Assembly (NCBI GenBank): GCA_964610055.1
Contig: CAZSUC010000001.1
Location: 588,977-652,976 of the forward strand
Source: an uncultured Candidatus Saccharibacteria bacterium
GTDB lineage: Bacteria > Patescibacteriota > Andersenbacteria > UBA10190
Length of the DNA: 64,000 nucleotides
Reading direction: 5' to 3'
Below are positions 21,096 to 31,659 of this stretch, piece after piece. The position numbers and the translations under genes were made by a program. The notes beneath the pieces were generated by a model. That model saw only the letters and a list, made by a program, of their open reading frames with translations, was not told the origin of the DNA and made no database searches. Position 1 is the stretch's first letter. Each line of letters starts with the position of its first letter.

Positions 21096-21406
21096 TTATC
21101 AGTCACAAAACATCCAGCTGGATTATTATGGTTAGCTTGCTTATCTACTTTTTTGCAGACCACCACATCGTTTTTTACATTTGGCTCACCGGAACAACAA
21201 TCCTTTTATTAACCTCTATCCCTGTCCGTACTTTTCTGCTGTTTACTGTCCTCGCATTTTTTGCTATTGCCGCCTTAAACATCTCCATCCCATGGCCAAA
21301 CGCCTGGCCGGATCTCATTAAATTATCTGCTTCAGCTCTTACTTGGGTAGCTATTACTACTACCACTTCCGCCTGTATCCTTTCATACCACCGAAGTGCG
21401 CCTTAA
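21092..21406 (+). CDS. Small membrane protein
   Basis: 104 aa with about 3 hydrophobic helices and an ATGA overlap with the upstream gene. Confidence 0.45.
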   Translation: MIISHKTSSWIIMVSLLIYFFADHHIVFYIWLTGTTILLLTSIPVRTFLLFTVLAFFAIAALNISIPWPNAWPDLIKLSASALTWVAITTTTSACILSYHRSAP

Positions 21407-22093
21407 AATTTTCCGAAAGAAATAAATCAAGTCATCTAACACAACACCGGGAAAAGCAATTATAAACCAAACCCCCAACAATCCCATCAAGGCATCCCTT
21501 ATTCCTAATAGTGGTGCTTCTTTATATCCTGACCACATTTTTTCCCATAACATACTCCTACCTACCAACTTCATCTCCACATCACCCTCCTTGTTATTCT
21601 CCGCAATCCAATAATGTCCGTCAGGATAATTGGGGTCAGCTTTTTCCACAAACACCCGCGGCGCCCGCGCCTGGTTTTCATGTGCAATCTTAGAACCGTT
21701 AAATACCACTTCTAAATCCCCGTCCAGCCAAACCGCAGGATTAATCTCAAATACTTCCTCCCAAGTCCGCCCCGCTTCACCTTGCCGCCGCCAACGCTGT
21801 ACTAATTTCCCGTTCCGACGCAAATCAATCTGCAACTCTTCAGTTTCTTCCGGCCAATAGATTGGCACAACTATTTTTGTCGCTTCAAACGGCTCTTCCA
21901 CCCTTAAAGTCTGAGTAACTATAAATTGCGCAAAAACAGGCATACCATTTTCTGGCACATCATGAGCAGCTAAAATCCGAATAGCTGCAAACTCTTGATA
22001 TTGACCCAACCAATTCCATCCCCACCACCCAAACACCAACAATAATATTCCGCTCGCACTCATTCGAACTATTTTGATCCAGCTTTGCGACAT
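21383..22093 (-). CDS. Membrane-anchored protein with extracytoplasmic beta-rich domain
   Basis: 236 aa with N- and C-terminal hydrophobic helices. It lies directly downstream of the 22103-23503 gene. Confidence 0.6.
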   Translation of the reverse strand: MSQSWIKIVRMSASGILLLVFGWWGWNWLGQYQEFAAIRILAAHDVPENGMPVFAQFIVTQTLRVEEPFEATKIVVPIYWPEETEELQIDLRRNGKLVQRWRRQGEAGRTWEEVFEINPAVWLDGDLEVVFNGSKIAHENQARAPRVFVEKADPNYPDGHYWIAENNKEGDVEMKLVGRSMLWEKMWSGYKEAPLLGIRDALMGLLGVWFIIAFPGVVLDDLIYFFRKILRRTSVV

Positions 22094-22102
22094 AAAACTG
22101 AC

Positions 22103-23503
22103 TCAAACGTTCTTCCGCCGCCGCAAACCGATCGCCAACCACGCCCACGGCATCAACCAAACAAAATACTGATGCAATAAAGTAGGGAAAAACCCGATCA
22201 ATATCGTAAAGATTGCCAGCCCGGCTTCATATATATTTATCTTCCGCCACCAAAGCGCTGCGTACACGAGCGCCATCATTCCTCCCACCACCACCATCTT
22301 CCCCACGCTCCCGAAGTCCAACACAACCGGTAATGCCGGCAAATCATAATCCATCCGCGCCTCCCGCGTCACTGAATATGTCAGCCCCTTCACTACCGCC
22401 GCCGGATTATCCCAGACAAACGGCAAAATACTTACAACCGGTATAGCACTAACCAGCACCGCTGCTAACAACGTGATTTTCACTTTTTTCCCCGGCCGTG
22501 TCCGCTGCCAAACACTAATCAAAAATACCGGCACAAACACCACTGCCACCTGCTTCACCGAAAGCGATACTCCTAAAATCAACGCTGCCCATAACGCATG
22601 CTGCTCGACCAACGTCACTGCCCCTATCAAAGACACAACACCTAAGAAATCCGTATGCGCTATTCGTGCCACATACAAAGACCAGCGGTTAAACAGCCAA
22701 AATAAAGCGGCCAGAACGCCCAAAACCGGCTGCTTCCGCCGCCAAAGCCAAGCCCCTAATAATCCGGCTCCCCCAAACCAAACTATCGTCACAATTACCC
22801 GCCAGACTTCAATCCAGTCTTCATATTCAGTTAAGCCTAGCTGCTGCATTCCGGCCGACATCCAATACACCAAAGGAAAATGAGCCGGATAACCAATACA
22901 AGTATTGTCTAAAGCACATTTATACGGATTTTCTCCTGATTTAATTTGCCCACCCCGTTGCCAATAATATCCAATATCATCTCCCGCCGTATCATGACTC
23001 CAAAAAGAATTTAGAACTGCTGCCAACGCTCCCATTCTCGTCTGAAACACTATGGCTATATTAACGTCCTCATTATCTTCAGCCATATCTTGATTTCCAG
23101 GCTTCCATTTCACCTCATTCCCGTAATTTACAAACCTCAACCTCGCGATTGATGTAGTTTTTGCCTTAATTTTTGCAAATTCAAACACCCATTTCACCTC
23201 TGCCTTTTTACCAATATCTCTTTTTCCACTTACCTCTCGAATCACATTTCCTTGTTCGTCCTGAACTTGCATTATTATTTCACCCGGATTAAGCGCTTTT
23301 TGTTCCTGTGTAATAATTTCCGAAAGTCCGCTCATTGGTACCTGAATTACTTGCTCTAGCTGTTCGTTCGTCTCTAGCACCACAGGATCGATTTCGCCTT
23401 CCTGAGGCTCAATCACACGCACCGGAACTGTAACTGGCCATATTGCCAATATAGTTAGCAACAATACCACTATTCCTAATTGTATATATAAAAACTTTTT
23501 CAT
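22103..23503 (-). CDS. Polytopic membrane protein, GT-C-like (DUF2029/GT87-like guess)
   Basis: 466 aa. An N-terminal anchor and a soluble segment are followed by about 8 TM helices. The family call is tentative. Confidence 0.65.
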   Translation of the reverse strand: MKKFLYIQLGIVVLLLTILAIWPVTVPVRVIEPQEGEIDPVVLETNEQLEQVIQVPMSGLSEIITQEQKALNPGEIIMQVQDEQGNVIREVSGKRDIGKKAEVKWVFEFAKIKAKTTSIARLRFVNYGNEVKWKPGNQDMAEDNEDVNIAIVFQTRMGALAAVLNSFWSHDTAGDDIGYYWQRGGQIKSGENPYKCALDNTCIGYPAHFPLVYWMSAGMQQLGLTEYEDWIEVWRVIVTIVWFGGAGLLGAWLWRRKQPVLGVLAALFWLFNRWSLYVARIAHTDFLGVVSLIGAVTLVEQHALWAALILGVSLSVKQVAVVFVPVFLISVWQRTRPGKKVKITLLAAVLVSAIPVVSILPFVWDNPAAVVKGLTYSVTREARMDYDLPALPVVLDFGSVGKMVVVGGMMALVYAALWWRKINIYEAGLAIFTILIGFFPTLLHQYFVWLMPWAWLAIGLRRRKNV

Positions 23504-23568
23504 TATCTCACGTATTTATAGCATACCGCATTGCCAGGCTCCCCCTCCAGCGATTACCCTTATACTTA

Positions 23569-26346
23569 ATGTTACAACGACTCTGGCAAACAGAACGCTC
23601 CGGAATTATATGGATCGGACTTACTTGGTTTTTTTTCTTCGTCCGTATTCTCAGTGGTACTCATGTTTATTTTCTCGATGACCTCAAATTATTTTATTAC
23701 CCCATTGAAACCATCTACGCTGAGTTTCAACATTCTGGCCACCTACCTCTTTGGAGTAACGTTTTTGGTTTCGGACACCCCTTACTTGCCTGGGGACAAC
23801 TTGGCTTCTTCACTCCCTTACATTTTCTGCTTCGCGCACTTTATATCCCCGCCCTGAATCTTCTTCAAATTTCACTGGTCACTTATTTTGCCATTGGTCT
23901 CTCGGGACTATACACCTTTCTCCGCCAGTGTCGCCTCTCACCGCTTGCCTCAGCTTTTGGTAGTATCGTCTTTATCTTTGCCGGATTCAATATTGGTCAC
24001 TTAAATCATGTGAATTTTTACGTTGGCACCATGGTTCTACCATGGCTCTTAGTTGCCATTCTACGTTTCACTAAACAACCCTCTTTGCGTTTATCAAGCA
24101 TTGTTGCTTTACTTGGCGCCACTATCGCTGTCAGTGCTCAGCCCCAAATCGTGGCTTATTGTTTTGTTATCGCTGGCATTACAGCCATCATTTTTTTCGT
24201 TCATCATTTTTTTTCTCTGACACGCTCACATCGTCTCCATTATCTTATTCATTTTCTCGTTTTGGGCATTATTGCCACTATCCTAGCCTTGGGTATTTCT
24301 TCAATTACCCTGCTTCCTCTTTTTGAGTTCTTACCATATACAGAACGTAGCGCCGGACTCAGCACCACTGAGCTTCTCGACTTCAGCTTTCCTCCCTACC
24401 ATTTTATTACTTTCCTTGCTCCTTATTTCTTCGGAGACCATGCCAATTATTGGGGCCCTAAAGGCTTTCAAGAACTTGCTGCCTATACTGGCATGATTCC
24501 GCTTTTACTTGCTGCTAGTTCGCTTTTCTCTTGGCGCACGCATCGCCCTCTTCGTATCCTTGGTCTCGCTTTAATCTGCTTTAGTCTCCCGTTACTCCTC
24601 GGTTCATATTCCCCGTTATATCGTTACCTTGTCTCACATGAGATTATTTCTGCCCTTTCTATTCCTGGACGATTCGTTTTACTTCTTGATTTTGGTCTCG
24701 CTCTTCTGGCTGCCATCGGTTTATCTGATTTCTTAAACCAAAAACTAAAACTATCACGTTATTTTGGGGCCATTCTCATTACCATTGCCATTTTTCTGCC
24801 TTTTGCCTATACCGCCACACTTACCCCTCAAATTCGCCTCCGTCTTTATCAGCTAATCAGTCAACTCAACTGGTCTTTTCTCCTAGCTGGTCTCGGATTT
24901 ATTGCCACTCTCTGGGCTTGGCTCTGGCCATTTCGACTCCAACGTCGTCATTATGCTAGCATCCTTCTAGGTATCACAGCTTTTACTCTTATTGCTTACG
25001 GCTGGAGTTATAATCCCATTACTTCACGCGCTCAAGTTCAATCTACCTCTCCTTTACTAACTAACACTACTCTCATTACTCCCGCTCGAATTTTCAGTCA
25101 GCACCAGCTTCTCATTTCTCAAGCTGCCACTAAATTGCATACTACTGAGGATCTTTCACCTTCTTTCTCAATCAAACAACCAATCTTCACCTGGCCAGAG
25201 TCTGGTTGTTTTTCCATTGCCATGCACGCGAAACCAGAAATTAACTCTCACATTACCGTCACTATATCCAGTGATCTTGATAGTCGTGAAATCCTCGCCT
25301 CTCAATCAATTGCCAGTAGTCTTATCACTTCAAACGACAATCAAATTATCTGTTTTCCTTCTTTTACTCCGACAGCCGATCAAAACCTCATCTTGTCTTT
25401 CACGAGCTTAACTGATTCTGGCGTTAATCTATATTACCAATCCGAACCAGCCACCAGCTCAACATATCTAATCAGAGTTGCGAACCCAACTCTCAGTCAG
25501 CTTCAAGCATCAGCAAAACCAGGTCAAATTATGTATCAAACATACGATTTTGACGACACCGAATCGATCACTTTAAATCGTCATCTTAACGCCGCTGCTG
25601 GTTTAAGTAGTGCAAATTGGATTGGATCGCTCTCAATTCTATCGTATCGAGAATTTGTTGATACTTTCTTCGGTAATGATCAGGAAAACGTCGATGGTGA
25701 CGGTCATCATGTTTTAGCAAAAAATCGTCATATTTTTAACATGGCTAGCGTCAATTATTTTGCTCAAATCTTGAATCCCAACACTCAGGATATTATGCCA
25801 TCAGCTGATTTCTCAGAAGAATCTGTGTATCAATTCGGCGACAAAACCGCTAAGCTTTACTTTAACCCCGAAGCTTTTCCTAAAGCCTATTTAGTACGCA
25901 ATGCCGAATATGTACCCCCTGCCGACGAAGCTCGCACAATTATGCTTGATCCCGAATTCAACCCTTCTCAACTTGTTCTTATTAGCGGAACAAGCGAACC
26001 TAAACATTTACCTGCGTATAGCTCCGACCCAATCAATGGCACAGTTAATACAACCGTTTACGAGCCAACTCGTATTGACATTGACGTCACTACTGATACC
26101 GAAGCTTGGCTTGTAGTCACTGATGCTAGTATCCCTTTATGGCAAACTTATATTGATGGCGAACTTGCCCCATACTATGTTGCTAACACCGTGTTCAAAA
26201 CTGCTCGTGTTCCTGCCGGAAATCACACCGTCAGCTTTCGCTATATATCGCCAGCTACTCAATTAGCTTCCAAACTATGTCTTTCTGCTTTAGCTATTAG
26301 TATATTGATATTAATTATTCCTTTTAAGCGCCTTTCTCATAAATGA
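23569..26346 (+). CDS. YfhO-family polytopic membrane protein (putative glycosyltransferase)
   Basis: 925 aa. N-terminal HLPLWSNVFGFGHPLLAWGQLGFFTP and C-terminal ...WQTYIDGELAPYYVANTVFKTARVPAGNHTVSFRYISP plus a terminal TM are typical of the YfhO architecture. Confidence 0.75.
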   Translation: MLQRLWQTERSGIIWIGLTWFFFFVRILSGTHVYFLDDLKLFYYPIETIYAEFQHSGHLPLWSNVFGFGHPLLAWGQLGFFTPLHFLLRALYIPALNLLQISLVTYFAIGLSGLYTFLRQCRLSPLASAFGSIVFIFAGFNIGHLNHVNFYVGTMVLPWLLVAILRFTKQPSLRLSSIVALLGATIAVSAQPQIVAYCFVIAGITAIIFFVHHFFSLTRSHRLHYLIHFLVLGIIATILALGISSITLLPLFEFLPYTERSAGLSTTELLDFSFPPYHFITFLAPYFFGDHANYWGPKGFQELAAYTGMIPLLLAASSLFSWRTHRPLRILGLALICFSLPLLLGSYSPLYRYLVSHEIISALSIPGRFVLLLDFGLALLAAIGLSDFLNQKLKLSRYFGAILITIAIFLPFAYTATLTPQIRLRLYQLISQLNWSFLLAGLGFIATLWAWLWPFRLQRRHYASILLGITAFTLIAYGWSYNPITSRAQVQSTSPLLTNTTLITPARIFSQHQLLISQAATKLHTTEDLSPSFSIKQPIFTWPESGCFSIAMHAKPEINSHITVTISSDLDSREILASQSIASSLITSNDNQIICFPSFTPTADQNLILSFTSLTDSGVNLYYQSEPATSSTYLIRVANPTLSQLQASAKPGQIMYQTYDFDDTESITLNRHLNAAAGLSSANWIGSLSILSYREFVDTFFGNDQENVDGDGHHVLAKNRHIFNMASVNYFAQILNPNTQDIMPSADFSEESVYQFGDKTAKLYFNPEAFPKAYLVRNAEYVPPADEARTIMLDPEFNPSQLVLISGTSEPKHLPAYSSDPINGTVNTTVYEPTRIDIDVTTDTEAWLVVTDASIPLWQTYIDGELAPYYVANTVFKTARVPAGNHTVSFRYISPATQLASKLCLSALAISILILIIPFKRLSHK

Positions 26347-28313
26347 AAATTTCACTCGTCTTTGTTTCTCTTTGGGGGCTTATTTCACTTTGTCTTTCAC
26401 TTGGCTTATTTTATCTCGCTAATCAAGCTCCTAATACTCTTAAGGCCTTACCTGTAATTGACGCACCTACCTGGCTAACTTATGGTCTCTGGCAAGGACT
26501 TCTGGTCGGATCCGCTTTCTTATGTACCGTTTTGCTGATTAATCGTTTACCCCGCCATCGTTGGTTAGCTGCCAGTATCGCACTCGTCATTTTTACTCCT
26601 CTAGCCATTGGTGGTTTTTGGTTTTCTACCTCCAATCTTGGCATTTCTGACTGGGATTATTATTTTTCTTATCACGAAGTTTTACGTCAAGGTATTCTCG
26701 TTCATCACACTTTTCCTTTTTGGAATCCATATATTTGCGGCGGTACCGCCGGCTTAGGCGATCCCGAATTTCCTGTCTTTACTCCTACATTCTTGTTAGA
26801 GCTCATCTTTGGTATTCCAATCGGATTTCGTCTCGCTATTATGTTTTCAACTGCCATGACCGCTCTTGGCATGCTTATGCTAGGTAAGCGCTTAAAACTT
26901 TCAGTTAATGCTTCTCTACTTGCTGCTTTAGTTGTTGCTTTTGGCAGCGTTAACTTACTAGAAATTGTTGAAGGCCATCCTAACATTTTTTCGGCCATGT
27001 GGGTACCATGGATATTTTGGGCCTGGCTTGCGGAGTATAAATCTTTTCGTCTTAAACACTCCATCCTAACCGGCACCTTCTTAGCTCTCACTTTCTTCCA
27101 GGGCGGAATTTATATGCTGATGTACGTCACAATTACTCTGGGTCTCTTAATTATCTTCCTTCCAAAACATAAACGCTCATTTCTTATTACCGCTACTGCT
27201 GGTTTATGGGCTCTGGGCTTCGCTGCCATTAAACTTATCCCTGTCTTATTTTGGTTAAACCAATTTCAAGACCAAGTATATGCCAGCTCAGCTAACACAT
27301 TATTATCTTTACATAAAATTCTTCTCGGCCGTTTTCTTCATGGAGAAACTAATGCCAATCTCATTTCAAGCCAAGGTAGTGGATGGCATGAATATGGCGC
27401 TTATATTGGCCCGATCGCCTTCGCCCTCGCCTTTGTTCGTCTCTCTCGTCTAAAAACACACCGTCTCACTCAACTTTTAATTGCTTTTGCTTTAATTTTC
27501 CTTCTCTTCTCAGCTTTAGGACCAACTCTAAAGCCCTTCTTCAATCAAGTCTCTTATTTCCCTCGCTCTAATATCTCCCGCATTATCCTATTTGCAGTTT
27601 TACCTTTAGCCTTATTAGCCGGACAAGGTCTAGATCAATTTTCCAAACGCTTTAAATATCTTGGCGCCGCTATCGTCGGGTTAGCCGCTATTGATCTCTT
27701 TTCTCTGGCTTACCCGTTATCATTACAAGCTTTTACTCTCGTGCCTGCTGTACCCACTCCAGAAACCGCTGCTTATCCCTTAGAACGCACTGTCGGCACT
27801 TTCATGGTTCGTTCTAACGGAGTTGACTACACTCGTGCTTACACTGCTATCAAATCTGGCTATGGCACCGAAACCTATTGCTCAGTTCTTACTCCAACTA
27901 ATTCTACTACCGCTATAGAAGAAGGCGAATCAGATCAAGACCGCGCCTACGTCACCTTATCAAATTCAAATGACGGTACAACCCAGCTACTTGATTGGAA
28001 CTATAACCGAGTAGCAGTCAGTGTTAATTCCTCACAACCGACTCAAGTGATCCTTAACAGTAATTATGCCTCTGGTTGGCTCACTAACGGTAAACCAGCC
28101 AAAGAAATTAACAATCGCCTAGGCGCATCTATTCCCAAAGGACACAGTGAAATCATTTTTACTTACCGTTCACCTGGGTTTATAGCCGGCTTAGTTGTTA
28201 CTTTACTTTCGTTAATAGCAGCCCTTACAAGCTATATCTTCTCCACCACAAAATATTTCAACTCTGGACACGCTTCTATCCCTGATAAAGACTCCGTTTT
28301 ACCATCACGATAA
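26343..28313 (+). CDS. YfhO-like polytopic membrane protein
   Basis: 656 aa. It shares the FPFWNPYICGGTAGLGDPEFPVFTP motif with the two other + strand YfhO-like genes. ATGA overlap with the upstream gene. Confidence 0.7.
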   Translation: MKISLVFVSLWGLISLCLSLGLFYLANQAPNTLKALPVIDAPTWLTYGLWQGLLVGSAFLCTVLLINRLPRHRWLAASIALVIFTPLAIGGFWFSTSNLGISDWDYYFSYHEVLRQGILVHHTFPFWNPYICGGTAGLGDPEFPVFTPTFLLELIFGIPIGFRLAIMFSTAMTALGMLMLGKRLKLSVNASLLAALVVAFGSVNLLEIVEGHPNIFSAMWVPWIFWAWLAEYKSFRLKHSILTGTFLALTFFQGGIYMLMYVTITLGLLIIFLPKHKRSFLITATAGLWALGFAAIKLIPVLFWLNQFQDQVYASSANTLLSLHKILLGRFLHGETNANLISSQGSGWHEYGAYIGPIAFALAFVRLSRLKTHRLTQLLIAFALIFLLFSALGPTLKPFFNQVSYFPRSNISRIILFAVLPLALLAGQGLDQFSKRFKYLGAAIVGLAAIDLFSLAYPLSLQAFTLVPAVPTPETAAYPLERTVGTFMVRSNGVDYTRAYTAIKSGYGTETYCSVLTPTNSTTAIEEGESDQDRAYVTLSNSNDGTTQLLDWNYNRVAVSVNSSQPTQVILNSNYASGWLTNGKPAKEINNRLGASIPKGHSEIIFTYRSPGFIAGLVVTLLSLIAALTSYIFSTTKYFNSGHASIPDKDSVLPSR

Positions 28314-29662
28314 TAAATTCTATATTCTGCTTCGCTTAAATCTTCTTCGCCTACTATCTTAATCGCGCTATTTCCATGGCTTAAATACAAAAGCCGATCA
28401 TAAATATGCACATTTTCCGTACCGATCGCACCCAGCCCCGACACACATTGAATTAAAGGTTGTACATCAACTAAATCAGCCGCACTATTTGTCCTATTTC
28501 CTAATGAAAAATCATTTAAACTCCCTCCTGTTTTCAGGAATGGCCATATCACTAAACCTAAAAACACCACCGCTCCCGCACCACTGACAGTTATTGTTCC
28601 TAATTGAATCCAACGCACACTATATCTCTTTAAAAACTTTCCGTACCCAATGCCGGACAATACCCATATTCCCAAACTTACTAAAACAAAATAACGCAAT
28701 GTAAACCGATCAATCATATACAGTAAAGCGCTTAAATGTATCACTAACCCAATCAGCCACGCCCCAGCCTGCACTCGTTTTCGCGGCAATACAATAGCTA
28801 AAATTACTCCCACACATAATAATCCTAAAATAGTTATTTGCACTCCGCCCGGAAATTCCTGCCCCGTATAACGCGCTATAAACGATGACCCGCTCACAGC
28901 CACGCGCAAAATACCGGGTAAATCATGCCAACGCTGACCCATTAAATCGGCCACAGCCGTCGGATCACCTTGGTCATCCGTAAACAACTGCAACATAATC
29001 ATCTGTGTCCCAAAGGCAGCCCAAAAACCCACCGCTGCCGGCCACCATTCCCACCATGTCCGTAAAATTCGCCGAATCATATGTTTATTACCTTTTCTCT
29101 GTACTGCCTCAACCGTTTCTTTGATTAACCACACTAGTGCAATCGCTAATACCGTCGGCGCAAATAAAATATGCGTATGCATCCCTAAACCAGCCACCAC
29201 CCCCGCTAACAAATGCTTATAACGCCATTTCTTTTCTAACACCCACAATAACAAAAATGACCAGAAGGGAATTAAAGTAATCCCCCAACCAATTCGTTGA
29301 TAAGTTAAATAAATAGGCGAAAATCCCATCATCACTGCTCCTATTAAACCAACTGATCGCCCGAATGTTTTTTCCAACACAGCAATCGCCAATAAATAGG
29401 TTATTATCGACACTATCAGCATCGGCACCCGTAACGCCAAGGCTGTATATCCAAACACTTTAATAAAAGGCACACGCACGTAATCCATTAAAGGCCCAAT
29501 ATATGACCTTTCTCCTTTGAAGACCAACTCTTCTGCTTGAGTCAGCTCCCATGCATTTTCTCCCTCCGACCCCTCATCTCCCATTAACCCCGGCACACTT
29601 CCCAGCCAGGCCATATTAATCACTATAAACAGTCCTAATAAACCTAATTTCACTTTATCCAT
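28232..29662 (-). CDS. GT-C glycosyltransferase, family 39/83-like (ArnT/PMT-type)
   Basis: 476 aa. GDEGSEGENAWEL...IGPLMDYVRVPFIKVFGYTALALRVPM... matches the ArnT/PMT first-loop DE motif and helix pattern. Confidence 0.75.
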   Translation of the reverse strand: MDKVKLGLLGLFIVINMAWLGSVPGLMGDEGSEGENAWELTQAEELVFKGERSYIGPLMDYVRVPFIKVFGYTALALRVPMLIVSIITYLLAIAVLEKTFGRSVGLIGAVMMGFSPIYLTYQRIGWGITLIPFWSFLLLWVLEKKWRYKHLLAGVVAGLGMHTHILFAPTVLAIALVWLIKETVEAVQRKGNKHMIRRILRTWWEWWPAAVGFWAAFGTQMIMLQLFTDDQGDPTAVADLMGQRWHDLPGILRVAVSGSSFIARYTGQEFPGGVQITILGLLCVGVILAIVLPRKRVQAGAWLIGLVIHLSALLYMIDRFTLRYFVLVSLGIWVLSGIGYGKFLKRYSVRWIQLGTITVSGAGAVVFLGLVIWPFLKTGGSLNDFSLGNRTNSAADLVDVQPLIQCVSGLGAIGTENVHIYDRLLYLSHGNSAIKIVGEEDLSEAEYRIYYRDGKTESLSGIEACPELKYFVVEKI

Positions 29663-29664
29663 AG

Positions 29665-31620
29665 CTAAAGTTGGTATGCAATATCACCTGACTTAGCGAC
29701 CGGCTCTGTCTCTCCTTTGCGTTGCAAAAACATATTACCGGGACGTAGATCTTCATCAATGTACCGGACAGTTACTGCGTTTCCGGCTGTCCCGTCAGGA
29801 CTGGTAATAGCCACGTAAAATTCATGTCCCGCCGCTTCTGTAATCGGATCAAACTCAAAGCGCTTCCATTCGTTGTCTATAATTTCACTGGCATTCACTG
29901 TCACTCGTCGCAACGCGGTTGCCGAATCTGGCCGCTCCTTAATTTCCAACACGACTTCCGCTGTATTATTTCGACTCGAAAAAGTCGCAAACCCAATTTC
30001 GACCGCATTCCAATTATCCTGCTCGGGCTGCACAGTTTGCCCCACTTCCATTCCGCTCGTTAACTCGCCTACATGCTTCGTGAAATATCCAACTGTCATT
30101 GTCTCGTAAATCCAGGCATAAGGCACACCATGTATTGAAACAGTATGTACTGGCGTCTTGTCTTTCACTTCATCTAAAACGTTACTCGCTTGATCATCCA
30201 GAGCTCTTCCCCCCATATTACGATAAGTAATAATGTAACCTACTCGATAATCGTCTCTCGCACTTAAGCTAAATACTTTTCCCTGAAAATACGGCCGCAT
30301 CACGTTCGGATACCAAGAAGCAACTGTTAATTTGTCTCCCAACGGATTTTCATTCAACCAATCAGCCGCTAAATCTAACCCTTCCCCCCACCCCTGCTGA
30401 CTCAAAGAACGCACATTAGGAAATATCGGATTATTATACGCAATCGCATACGGCGCCCACCGCCACCATGTCACTCCCGCTAATATAACTACCAACCCAA
30501 TCAGAATTAATTTATCTCGCTTCTTACTGTGCCACCACGTCATCCCTTGCGCTAACATCCAACCTGATAGAATAGGCCCTATAACCAATGCCGGCATTGC
30601 GTAACGATCCCCTTTCTTAGCCGCCAACGAAATCAATACTAGAAAACCAACAGCATACACAATCATCCAAACCATTGTCTGCGCTCCTTTATCTCGTCGT
30701 TTAACCGCCGCATATAACACATAAACCACAGCCGCTATACTCAAAATTTGTACCCACGGAGTTACTCTCCCTAAAACTGTTCGCACATAAAACGAGGCTG
30801 GCGAAATAGGCTCATCTGATATTTCTAACGCCACATGCTCATCCTCTAAAACCGTCTGCGTATCTTTAGCAATATATCCTAATTGAAAATCCTTCCGAGT
30901 TAACATTGTCGGCCATAAAATTACCAAGACCACCACCGCTATTACGCCCCACATTGCCATTTCACCTAAAACTCGCTTCCAATTCTTCCCTCGCTCCCAA
31001 TACAAATCAATCATCCACATTAAACCAGCAACTGGCCCCAACCAAAATGCTAATACCATTTTTACTCCTAACGCCGCCCCCGCAAAAACTGCGCTAGTAA
31101 TCAAATAACCAGTCTTACGCCGTCGTCGAAACTGAATAAACCACAACAAAGACGTTAACATCAGCATCGCTTGTAACATATCCAAATGCGCCACCATACT
31201 CATCCCTACTACATACGGCTCCAACGCCAACATTATTCCTGCCAACCACGCCATCTCTTTTCCCCAGATCTGACTTAATAGATACGCCACTAATCCAATC
31301 AGACCTGACACAACTATCGCAACTGGCACAGTCGCTGCTTTTCTAAAGCCAATCACATTATTGTCATCTAATTCCACTCCGCTTATTTTTTCTTTTACCA
31401 CAATTCCCGCTCCCATGATCCACATTCCCGTTGCACCCGGATGACTCGTTAAGAATGTCCCGCTAATATCACCAGCGGCTAACTTAGCGTAAAACTCATT
31501 ACTTCGCATCATCCAGTTTTCTTCATCGGCCGTCATAAACGATCCAATCCCAACCAATCGCACACTTATCGCTAGCATCCCGATTACAATCCCAATTATA
31601 ATGTCTTTTACTTTTATCAT
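29665..31620 (-). CDS. GT-C glycosyltransferase (ArnT/PMT-type) with C-terminal soluble module
   Basis: 651 aa. The N-terminal ~500 aa are paralogous to 40168-41676 (FMTADEENWMMRS vs YMTVDEEAWMLRS; ASWYPNVMRPYFQGKVFSL vs ASWYPQVLQTYFRGEVVSL). The C-terminal ~135 aa are homologous to the N-terminal module of 41673-44324. Confidence 0.75.
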   Translation of the reverse strand: MIKVKDIIIGIVIGMLAISVRLVGIGSFMTADEENWMMRSNEFYAKLAAGDISGTFLTSHPGATGMWIMGAGIVVKEKISGVELDDNNVIGFRKAATVPVAIVVSGLIGLVAYLLSQIWGKEMAWLAGIMLALEPYVVGMSMVAHLDMLQAMLMLTSLLWFIQFRRRRKTGYLITSAVFAGAALGVKMVLAFWLGPVAGLMWMIDLYWERGKNWKRVLGEMAMWGVIAVVVLVILWPTMLTRKDFQLGYIAKDTQTVLEDEHVALEISDEPISPASFYVRTVLGRVTPWVQILSIAAVVYVLYAAVKRRDKGAQTMVWMIVYAVGFLVLISLAAKKGDRYAMPALVIGPILSGWMLAQGMTWWHSKKRDKLILIGLVVILAGVTWWRWAPYAIAYNNPIFPNVRSLSQQGWGEGLDLAADWLNENPLGDKLTVASWYPNVMRPYFQGKVFSLSARDDYRVGYIITYRNMGGRALDDQASNVLDEVKDKTPVHTVSIHGVPYAWIYETMTVGYFTKHVGELTSGMEVGQTVQPEQDNWNAVEIGFATFSSRNNTAEVVLEIKERPDSATALRRVTVNASEIIDNEWKRFEFDPITEAAGHEFYVAITSPDGTAGNAVTVRYIDEDLRPGNMFLQRKGETEPVAKSGDIAYQL

Positions 31621-31659
31621 GCATTACTTATAGTACAATAATTCTAATTAATAAACCGA

